From assembly GCF_036588685.1 (NCBI RefSeq), contig NC_086375.1, forward strand, positions 63,178,001 to 63,242,000: a DNA stretch of 64,000 nucleotides, given 5' to 3'. The notes beneath the pieces are model-generated. The model worked only from the letters and a program-made list of their open reading frames with translations, was not told where the DNA came from and searched no databases. This document shows positions 39,118 through 49,678 of this stretch, in pieces (position 1 is the stretch's first letter; each line of letters opens with the position of its first letter). Source of the stretch: Mytilus trossulus (lineage: Eukaryota). The position numbers and the translations under genes were made by a program.

Positions 39118-40320
39118 ATATGTACACACTCTGCATATAAACGCCATAAAAGGCTATAATAAATACCAAAGACTTTGTAAAGTGGATAGTCGCACGACAA
39201 CGCCGATGCTCTATATTTAATGATAAATAATCTCAATACATACATATATATCTACACATATAATATATAACTCAAACATCAGTATCGGCACAAAAAACTC
39301 TCCAAATAAAAAGCTTAATAAACTTTAACCAGAATTAAAATTTTACCAAGAAAATTCGACTGCTCAGATTGACGATGTCGTGCTGAATGATAACATAGGC
39401 AATAAAATACCGCGAAAATAATTTTGAAGCGGGAAAACATTACGCCCTCTATGCTACATATGATGAAACACCCAGGAGAAATTAATTTCACTCTAATGCA
39501 CTGCCCATTTAAACGAATGAAATTATAATTCTAAAATTGATTTTGTAATTGGTAAAGAGGTAGGGCCAATTTCAAAAATTGACGACAGAATAGAATTTAC
39601 TTTTAGAAACAAAAAATAAAAATGCTTTCGACCAATATCTCGATTAACATATACATTGTATTATGATATGTGTGATAAATAGATCAATTAAACCATCAAA
39701 AAGGATGAAAGTCCAATGTGCGGAATTTACGGTGATTTTAGGTGGAAAAAAACAGGGAATCACCCAGAAGGACATTTCCAACCAAAAAAAGTAATGTTTT
39801 TGTGACTGTTGTAATTTATTCTTCTTTTTCCCTCAAAAATGAAATTGGTTTGGTGTGTCCTTATCACATAAAAAAACAAAACTTTTTAATAAAAAAAATT
39901 GTAACAACACTAATTGTACTGATATAGCTCCTAAATAACACAGTATAACAAGCGTCGGCGTGGCTCCATCAATAGAGCATAGAACTACTATTCAAAGACT
40001 GTTTTGAAGATAACATTCGAATCTCGCTTAGACTTATTGCATTTTTTGTGTTGTTATATTAAATTTTGATGTTTCTATCATATTTTTTGGATGTTGGCTC
40101 AATTCATACAGTCATTCTGGTTTATTTTGACTTTATAGTATATCATTTTATTAAAGAAAAAATAATGTATCTCTTATTGTGTGCATTCCCATGACTGTCC
40201 ATACTCTTGACTTACTTTCTATTCAATGTTTACATTTATAACATATGTGCACGGAACAACTGCCGTCAAACTGATGTAGGTGCCTGTACATAACTAATAA
40301 CACGAAATTTTATTATATAG

Positions 40321-41165
40321 TGTAACGTGTATATATATATAACCAGGCGTTTATATCGCAAACGTCCGTTCCAGTAAATACTTGGATCCAAGTTGTTCAC
40401 AAACAAAATGGTAATACTAAAAAATACAACTATCTATATTATGCACAATGAACTAAAATATACACACTGACTCTTTGTCGAAATAAAGTTACAACGGACA
40501 ATTATATATATACAAATATAATACAATAAACCAGCCTGTCCTCAAGATGGGACGATGTGTCACTTAGAGATAGTATAGCTGGTACAGCTTGTCCTCCGAA
40601 TGGGACAGTTTGTCAGTACAAGACAGAGCGGTCTGGTACAACTTGTCCTCCGAGTGGGTCAACCTGTCACTACCAGAAAGTGCGGCCTGGAACAACTTGT
40701 CCTCCGAGTGAGACAACCTGTCACTACCAGACAGAGCGGGCTGATACAGCCTGTCCTCCGAGTGGGACAGTCTGCTATGTCAATCCCGTCAACATGTACA
40801 TCCACCTTGTACCCAGTACAAAGTGTCCTCTGAATATCAAGGCTCTTCTAGCACTAATTATATCCGACGTACGCTCAGTTGAAGGATGGCAGCTCATCGA
40901 CAGTCAACCGACAGCCCCGTGTATCGTTTCTCACTCTCTTATATACCCCAGGACGACTATACTATTTACTTGATAGGGGTGTTCTCTAAATGTTCCCGAT
41001 ACCGAACACAAGAGTACCTCCCAAACAACCCCCATACCGATGGACCCAACCACTGACTCTCCCGCCAAACGTCTAAATCTGTTTAACTCTTTCTCAAGCA
41101 TAAACCATGCATTGATACACCAAGATTCTACTTGATTATAACCTTAACGACCAATAAACATTACA
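40321..41165. mobile_element. Solo LTR (Gypsy-like), 845 bp, with an internal 54-bp tandem repeat (mirror 50084-50928)
   Basis: atag|TGTAA ... TTACA|atag: TG...CA ends, 5-bp terminal inverted repeat, 4-bp TSD. TATA-like gggtatataag on the minus strand at about 40940. Confidence 0.75.
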
Positions 41166-41570
41166 ATAGCAATGAAGCCCAAATGCTGCGTGTGTAAAAT
41201 ACACATAACTTAAAATGAGGCCATTGTATACAAGTTTCAAAACAACACAAACAATTTTTCGAAACCTTTTTAAACTTTCTAAACTAATTTAAATAAACTA
41301 TTCCCGATGAGAGACTGTCAAAATCAAAGTCTTACAAATAAAAGAACAAACATAAAAGACAAAAGAAGATTTTCAAGAACATTCATTGTATTGTTCTGTA
41401 AACTATATCAACCTTAGATTAGCACAAGATTCGATCAAATAGTGAAAAACAATATGACATTTTGTGTAGTGTATTTGAAGACAGTCTGTATATATATATA
41501 AAAATAAAAAATAGGTATTTGTTTTGTTTTTATGACTTGTAAGCGACCATATGATAATTAAGCCCGTCCT

Positions 41571-44500
41571 TTAACCAATGATCTGCTGTCCTGTAGCCGC
41601 CCTGAAAAAGATACAGAAACATAGATCAACTTAGGTCTAGTATTCGTTTGTTGATGCGGTTCATAAGTGTTTAGGAAAACCCCCAAATGGCTAGTGTAAA
41701 ACCATTCAAACAGGAAAAGCAACTGTAACTTTATAGCTCAAGTTGTTTGGTGTGAGCTTACGTCCGTGTTGAAGGACGTACTTTGACCTAATTTGGTTTT
41801 CTTTTATAAATACGTAAAAACGATGTTTACGATTACATGATATTTTTAAAGATATTTTTTTAATTAAAGCTCTAAAGTTAAAAAAAATATCAAACAAATG
41901 AATTCCAAAACTTACGGTCTAATATCTATCAACTAACTTTAACCCAGTTTACGATGACATGATATTTTTAAAGATAATTTTTTAATTAAAGCAAAATCAA
42001 ACAAATGAATTCCAAAACTTACTGTTTTTCGCAAAGGAAATTTGCCTGGCGATCACACCGTTCGTCGTTCCAGTTATAATTTTCGTGGTGAAGGAGATCC
42101 ATGCAATCTTCTCCGAGGTTTCCACTAGAGTTTGGCTCTCCTGGCCACCAATGAGTGAATTCCTGTTGGTTGATGGACACTCCAGTTTTTACCCACTGCC
42201 ATTCGCCTTCTACTAAAGAATCTGTACCTCCTATCCACACACCATCGGACATACCTTTATGTATTAATAATAAACATAAGTCACATTTTTCTCTCCAAAT
42301 TTCGATTACAACCAGTGATTTTTACAAGTTTATGGACCTGAACTTTTTTTAAAGCTAGAACAAAATAACACAGATTTTTCTTCGAAATAACAGAAGTGCG
42401 TCAAGTTAATCGATTTTGTTGATAGGGTTATCATATAAATAAATCTAAGGATATGAGGGAATTGAGTTGATTCTTTCCCTTCAAATAATAAAGGATCACA
42501 TTCATCACCATGACAAACTTACAGAACACGAAGTGAATAAGATTTTTTCTTCCCATTTCCACCTTGAATATTGAGCATTGTTTGTCACCAAAAAGGGATT
42601 TCGATAGTACTATACAAATCCTTGCGTCGAATGAGTGAAAATAAGAATGTCAACCCTTAGCTGGAGAAATGCAAGAACGGGAAAATGTTTGAAATATCAT
42701 ATAAAATTTCAGTTTTATCGTGATTAAAGCTATAATGATTGATGATTGGTGGTTGTTATTACATGTACATGTATATACTTTTCCTTAAAAAAATGATGTC
42801 GAACATTCACATAAGCAACACGACAGGTGCCACATGTGGAGCAGAATCTGCTTACCCTTCCGGAGCACCTGAGATCACCCCTAGTTTTTGGTGGGGTTCG
42901 TGTTGTTTATTCTTTATGCCCGCGTCACACTGTCCCGATTTTTACGAATTTTCGCGCTAAAATACATTTAAAGTGCCATGCGCGATATGCACTGGTCAGT
43001 CTAATACGACAGTTAAGAAAGACGTTCACAAAACATGGAGCTTACATCATATGATTCTATGCGAACATGAAAGGCGACAGCGTTGTTTCTATTAATTCAA
43101 ATGGAACAAGAAGAGCAGCTATTACAGGCTCAGGATTTACTTTAACAAGTAAAATATTATTTTTTGTCAATTTTTCATATCAAGTAACATAATGAAAATC
43201 ATAAACGCGCCTCGTACTCGTACTGCAGGTACAAGTATATAGGGAAACCAACTTTTTCATTATTCTGATTTTTTATGTATCGTCTGAGTTGTTGTCACAC
43301 GAATGTTTACTCCTTAACCATTTTGTTTTCTATATGTTATATCTTGCCGCATTTGTTGCTTCCCCCACATCCTTCCTTTTGTCTATAGTATTATGATATT
43401 CTCCTGGAAAGGGCTCTTTTGAATAAAAGGGATCAACGAACCCATGACCTTACCTTAAGGAAAGATCAGTAAACATGGGCATGATTATGGGTGATTATTC
43501 AGACTAGTGCACACATTTTTAGCTCGTATGTTCCAATTTTGTATCTCCCTTTCTCTGTGCTATGTGTATCCGATTGCGAACTTTCCACTTCTGTATCTAT
43601 TTTTCTTTTGGTCTTGTACTTTCCTGCTAGACTCATACCCCTCCCTTTTCCTCTTCCTCTCCCTCTCCCTGATTTTGGTGGCATTATATGCAGAGACTCA
43701 GAGTCAAGTTTTACCCTTCAAGCCCAATGTCTTCTATCTTATGATTAAACCAGAAATGAAATGTACAATATAATATATATTCAATATTGATCAAATCAAA
43801 TGCATCGTTAGCTGTACACGACGTCTTTTAGACATCGTATGGCCATCGCGCCATCATTGTAATCCATCCTGTAGCCTTCGTAATCCATCATGTAGCCTTC
43901 GTGATCCATCGTGAAGGCTTCGGCTGAGATATGAAGCTTAAATACCCGTCTTCGGTTAACCTTCGTATGTCCATCTTTTGCTATCGTATATAAATTCGGC
44001 ACCATCGTATAGACTTCGTTATTCATCGTACTTGCTTCGGTCACATTTTGGTATTTTAACGAGATCGGGACCAACTTCGTACGAACTTACAATTTTCGCA
44101 TTCGGGTGTCCATCGTATATAAAAATCGGGACAGTGTGACGCGGGCATTAGTTTTCTATGTTGTGGCATGTGTTTTTCTGTTTTTCTTTTTCATTTTTAG
44201 CCATGGCGTTGTCAGTTTGTTTTAGATTTATGATTTTGACTTTCCCTTTGGTATTTTTCGTCCCTCTTCTAGATGTTCAAAATGTACCAATGAATACCCT
44301 ATAAGAAGAAGATAGATATTCGGAGGGCTTTACCTGACTTGAATTCCCTTCTAAGAAAACCTTCTACAAAGTTCTGTTCTCTTGCTGTTTCAATTATTGC
44401 CAAATCTGAACCAAACACTTGGCAATACATCTGTGATAAAACAACAGATTTATATACACACATATATATCCATCTTACATTTCCGATTTGTCCTTATGTT

Positions 44501-45755
44501 ATCACGTAAATGAGATTTTTGTTTTTCAGTTACTGTCGTGTCCGATATTTTCGGCCAAAAATGAACTTTATGTTGTTCGTTCTTATGTTGCACTGTTATA
44601 CCACTGTCCCACGTTAGGGGGAGGGGGGGACCCCGCTAACTTGTTTAACCCCGCCACATTATTTATGTGTGTGCCTGTCACAAGTCAGGAGCCTGTAATT
44701 CAGTGGTTGTCGTTCGTTTGTTGATGTGTTACATATTTGTTTTTCGTTTACATTTTTTATATAAATAAGGCCGTTAGTTTTCTCGTTTGAATTGTTTTAC
44801 ATTGTCCTATCGGGGCCTTTTATTACTGACTATGCGGTATATGTTTTGCTCATTGCTGAAGGCCGTTGGTGACCTACAGTTGTTTATGTCTGTGTCATTT
44901 TGCTCTGTTGTGGACTGTTTTCTTATTGGCATCAGACCACATCTTCTTTTTTATATTTAAAATAATTCTAAGGAAAAGGTTAATGGATTTTAGAACTATA
45001 AATCATTCATATATATGAAGAATAAGTCTATAGGTACTAAGAAAGGATAACATTTCAAAATTTGTCTCGCGTTCATGGCTGAAACAAATATAGAGAACAT
45101 TAAAACGACCTCTTTTACAAGTGGTGACTAACTTGACAGTTATTTCCAAACAATTTAAACAAAGCGAAAATAAAATATATACAGCAGTTCATATAAATAT
45201 TTAGTATTGGTTAAATAATAAAATAACAAATATATATTATGTATCTTAAAACTTACAAATGCCTCGGCCCATGATGCTTTAGTAGAAGCATACAATTTAT
45301 AGCAGGAATCGTCATGCCTCATATAACCATTAGGACAATCGCAAACAGCTACAACATAACATATACGGCTTATATATTAGATATTTTGTCATACATTTTG
45401 TAATTAAATTAGATTTATTCATTTGTGTTTTCTCGACAAATTTATTTCATCATATTATGAGTTATGTATGTACTGTATTTGTCCATTGAAGAACGCAGCT
45501 TTGGGGTAATTCAATCAATTATAAATCATAGCCGGCATAAAAATGCTTTAACTATACGTATTTACCAAAATATATTTGGTATATGTCATTCAAAGAGTTA
45601 GACGTTAACGATATGACGAAATGTTAACGTTAAGTTTATGACCAAAAAAAACTTTAAAAAAACTCCCAAGCATCCAATATTTTAAAACAAGATAAAACAA
45701 TCTTACCATTCACAACAAACAGTCCAAATATTGCAATCGTGGCAATCAATTTCAT
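41571..45755 (-). CDS. Secreted single-domain C-type lectin (perlucin-like), EPN/WND type, 166 aa ('lectin 1')
   Basis: Exons 45707-45755 (signal peptide MKLIATIAIFGLFVVN), 45257-45348 (CPNGY..DSCY..SWAEA), 44334-44430 (YCQVFGSDLAIIET..EQNF), 42023-42254 (VWIGGTD..GEPN..EDC..WNDERC..FLCE) and 41571-41601 (AATGQQIIG*). All are GT-AG and in phase. Confidence 0.92.
42917..44147. mobile_element. Non-autonomous PIF/Harbinger-type element in intron 3 of lectin 1
   Basis: Perfect 28-bp TIR tgcccgcgtcacactgtcccgattttta. TTA TSD (42914-42916, 44148-44150). Removing it restores the host repeat tattcttta-gttttctatg. Confidence 0.88.
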
Positions 45756-46011
45756 GTTCAATTTAATAATGTGGAAATACAGTAGTCTATACAGTAGATA
45801 ACCCATGACCTTGGACACAGAAACACCAATCTTAAAAGTAAACTGTTCCTGTACTTTGACCAGGAATCGTAACAGACAAAAATAACTGCGTTCTCAAATA
45901 CATTTCACGGCAACTACTACTCGACGTTTAGTAGATATTTCGAGAGATCTTCCCATATTTAGCATTACTATCACGGAACGACAAAAATTGTGATAGTCTG
46001 GAACCTACAAA
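45756..46011. promoter_or_regulatory. Putative bidirectional promoter and 5' UTRs between the divergent lectin start codons (second copy 58093-58348)
   Basis: ATG of lectin 1 (45755, minus) and ATG of lectin 2 exon 1 (46012, plus) are separated by 256 bp. Upstream non-coding exons cannot be excluded. Confidence 0.6.
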
Positions 46012-49000
46012 ATGTTGTGGAAATATTTTTCAGTTTTTCTCACTTTAGCTATTCTCGGATCACCACTAGGTAAGTTAAATTTCTGTACACAAAATATTCG
46101 AAATTACTTATCTGAACTATCGTTTTATGTATGAAACTGAATTTCAATTTATTGACATGTAGTAATCGAATTAAAACTTTGATTTCGTTATAAGACATAC
46201 GAGCTCATATGTACATGACTGTACTTATAACGAAATCAGAGACTCATGTCGATTTATAGACAAATTCACGGTTCAAGGTCTAACTTTTTTTATTGAAAAA
46301 GAAACGTCTTTTAGAATTAGAGTAGATGGTCGTTAACTTGGCCACAATCAATAATAGGGTATCTAGTTTAAAAAAAATGTGTCCGATAACCCCCGCCCTT
46401 GAGTTCGTAATTTTAAGGACATTTTGCAGTTTTTTAAGTTATTATCTTGAATACTACTATAGAAAGAGAGTAAACAGCAATAATGTTCAGCATGATTTCA
46501 TTACGGGTATCTACGGATTATTTTCTACAAATACTTCAACAGGACTAAAATTGTCAATTGACCAAGTAAGGAGTTATTGCCCTTTATAGTCAATGTTTTA
46601 ACAATTTTTCGTAAATTTTTGGAATCATTTACAAAAATCGTCTACTCTGAACTCTACATAGACAGATTCAGACAGTCTTAGCCACAATCATGATTAATTT
46701 AGGGTATATTGTTAAAAAAAAAGAATATGTCGGATGCGGACCACGCCTGCCAACCAACATGGCCGCTACAGCTACCTAGAGGCTCTAAAGAGCCTGTGTC
46801 GCTCACCTTGTTCTATGTGAATATTAAACAAAGGAAGCAGATGGATTCATGACAAAATTGTGTTTTGGTGATGGTGATGTGTTTGTACATTTTACTTTAC
46901 TGAACATTCTTGCTGCTTACAATTATCTCTATCTATGATGAACTTGGCCCAGTAGCTTCTGTGGAAAACGTTACCGGTAGTAAAAATTTACAAATTTTAT
47001 GAAAATTGTTTAAAATTGACTATAAAGGACAATAACTCCTTAGGGGGTCAATTGACCATTTTGGTCATGTTGACTTATTTGTAAATCTTACTTTGCTAAA
47101 CATTATTGCTGTTTACAGTTTATCTCTATCTATAATAATATTCAAGATAATAACCAAAAACAGCAAAATTTCCTTAAAATTACCAATGCAGGGGCAGGAA
47201 CCCAACAACAGGTTCTTTGATTTATTTGAAAATTTCAGGGCAGATAGATCTTGACCTGGTTAACAATTTCACTACCTGTCAGATTTGCTCTAAATGCTTT
47301 GGTTTTTGAGTTATAAGCCAAAAGCTGCATTTCACCCCTATGTTCTTTTTTTAGCCATGGCAGCCATCTTGGTTGATTTGGCGGGTCACGCCACACATTT
47401 TTTAAACTAAATACCCCAATGATAATTGTGGCCAAGTTTGGATTAATTTGGCCCAGCAGTTTCAGAGCAGAAGATTTTTGTAAAAGATATATAAAATTTA
47501 CAAAAAATGGTTAAAAATTGACTTTAAAGGGCAATAACTCCTAAAGGGATCAACTGAAAATTTTGGTCATGTTGACTTATTTGTAAATCTTACTTTGCTG
47601 AACATTATTGCTGTTTACAGTTTATCTCTATCTATAATAACATTCAAGATAATAACCAAAAACAGCAAAATTTCCCTAAAATTACCAATTCAGGGACAGT
47701 AACCCAACAAAGGTTTGTCCGATTCATCTGAAAATTCCAGGGCAGATAGATCTTGACCTGATAATCAATTTTACCCCGTCAGATTTGCTCTAAATGCTTT
47801 GGTTTTTGAGTTATAAGCCAAAAACTGCATTTTACCCCTATGTTCTATTTTTAGCCATGGCGGCCATCTTGGTTGGTTTGGCGGGTCATATCACACATTT
47901 TTTTTAATTTAGATACCCCAATGATGATTGTGGCCAAGTTTGGTTAAATTTGGCCCAGTAGTTTCAGAGGAGAAGATTTTCGTAAAAGCTAACGACGGAC
48001 GACGACGGACGACGGACGCCAAGTGATGAGAAAAGCTCACTTGGCCCTTTTGGCCAGATGAGCTAAACATAGAACAGAGGGGTAAAATGCAAGCTGCGAC
48101 TATCATCTTGAAACTGCTATGAGTAAAAAAAAATCTAACAGGTGCAATAATGTTCAGAATGTTGAGATATACATACTGTCCGTCTCTAAGTCAAAACAGT
48201 CAGATGACTTCTTACAGGAGTTAATGACCTTACTGATCGTCAGATGACCATGACCCATGACCTTGGACACAGAAACACCAATCTTAAAAGTAAACTGTTC
48301 CTGTACTTTGACCAGGAATCGTAACGCGGGCATAAAGAATAAACAACACGAACCCCACCAAAAACTAGGGGTGATCTCAGGTGCTCCGGAAGGGTAAGCA
48401 GATTCTGCTCCACATGTGGCACCTGTCGTGTTGCTTATGTGAATGTTCGACATCATTTTTTTAAGGAAAAGTATATACATGTACATGTAATAACAACCAC
48501 CAATCATCAATCATTATAGCTTTAATCACGATAAAACTGAAATTTTATATGATATTTCAAACATTTTCCCGTTCTTGCATTTCTCCAGCTAAGGGTTGAC
48601 ATTCTTATTTTCACTCATTCGACGCAAGGATTTGTATAGTACTATCGAAATCCCTTTTTGGTGACAAACAATGCTCAATATTCAAGGTGGAAATGGGAAG
48701 AAAAAATCTTATTCACTTCGTGTTCTGTAAGTTTGTCATGGTGATGAATGTGATCCTTTATTATTTGAAGGGAAAGAATCAACTCAATTCCCTCATATCC
48801 TTAGATTTATTTATATGATAACCCTATCAACAAAATCGATTAACTTGACGCACTTCTGTTATTTCGAAGAAAAATCTGTGTTATTTTGTTCTAGCTTTAA
48901 AAAAAGTTCAGGTCCATAAACTTGTAAAAATCACTGGTTGTAATCGAAATTTGGAGAGAAAAATGTGACTTATGTTTATTATTAATACATAAAGGTATGT

Positions 49001-49678
49001 CCGATGGTGTGTGGATAGGAGGTACAGATTCTTTAGTAGAAGGCGAATGGCAGTGGGTAAAAACTGGAGTGTCCATCAACCAACAGGAATTCACTCATTG
49101 GTGGCCAGGAGAGCCAAACTCTAGTGGAAACCTCGGAGAAGATTGCATGGATCTCCTTCACCACGAAAATTATAACTGGAACGACGAACGGTGTGATCGC
49201 CAGGCAAATTTCCTTTGCGAAAAACAGTAAGTTTTGGAATTCATTTGTTTGATTTTGCTTTAATTAAAAAATTATCTTTAAAAATATCATGTCATCGTAA
49301 ACTGGGTTAAAGTTAGTTGATAGATATTAGACCGTAAGTTTTGGAATTCATTTGTTTGATATTTTTTTTAACTTTAGAGCTTTAATTAAAAAAATATCTT
49401 TAAAAATATCATGTAATCGTAAACATCGTTTTTACGTATTTATAAAAGAAAACCAAATTAGGTCAAAGTACGTCCTTCAACACGGACGTAAGCTCACACC
49501 AAACAACTTGAGCTATAAAGTTACAGTTGCTTTTCCTGTTTGAATGGTTTTACACTAGCCATTTGGGGGTTTTCCTAAACACTTATGAACCGCATCAACA
49601 AACGAATACTAGACCTAAGTTGATCTATGTTTCTGTATCTTTTTCAGGGCGGCTACAGGACAGCAGATCATTGGTTAA
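46012..49678 (+). CDS. Predicted chimera A: lectin-2 signal-peptide exon plus lectin-1 exons 4-5, 106 aa
   Basis: 46012-46069 (MLWKYFSVFLTLAILGSPL, phase-1 donor g|gtaagt) joins 48995-49226 (phase-1 acceptor) and 49648-49678 in frame. Expression not shown. Confidence 0.5.
46776..48066. mobile_element. HINE family-1 copy in intron 1 of lectin 2 (duplicate 59113-60403)
   Basis: Same internal repeat, GAC microsatellite and terminal stem-loop as 7244-8633. Confidence 0.75.
48253..48325 (+). repeat. 73-bp templated insertion at the rearrangement junction
   Basis: Exact copy of 45801-45873 (acccatgaccttggacacag...ggaatcgtaac). Confidence 0.93.

Larger units (their letters stand above)
34713..42925 (+). 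repeat. Left arm (A) of an 8,213-bp inverted repeat
   Basis: All ORFs lying wholly in this interval have identical opposite-strand partners, with constant coordinate sum 91249. Ends were read at base level. Confidence 0.97.
44200..48248 (+). repeat. First copy (C) of a 4,049-bp direct repeat
   Basis: Matches 56537-60585 at a constant offset of 12337 (ORF pairs 44488/56825, 46326/58663, 47235/59572, 47909/60246). Confidence 0.97.

Noticed and set aside
38949-39245. Overlapping ORFs with 10-aa repeats (mirror 52004-52300)
   Set aside because: By-product of a 30-bp minisatellite.
40557-40973. Cys-rich 18-aa repeat ORF (GTTCPPSG..CHYQ) resembling an antifreeze or metallothionein-like protein; mirror at 50276-50692
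   Set aside because: It is the translation of a 54-bp tandem array inside a solo LTR. It has no ATG start, a second frame is also open, and there is no signal peptide.
46180-46238. 15-bp-arm hairpin in lectin-2 intron 1 as a possible ncRNA
   Set aside because: No tRNA, snoRNA or miRNA features can be supported. It is more likely a MITE remnant.
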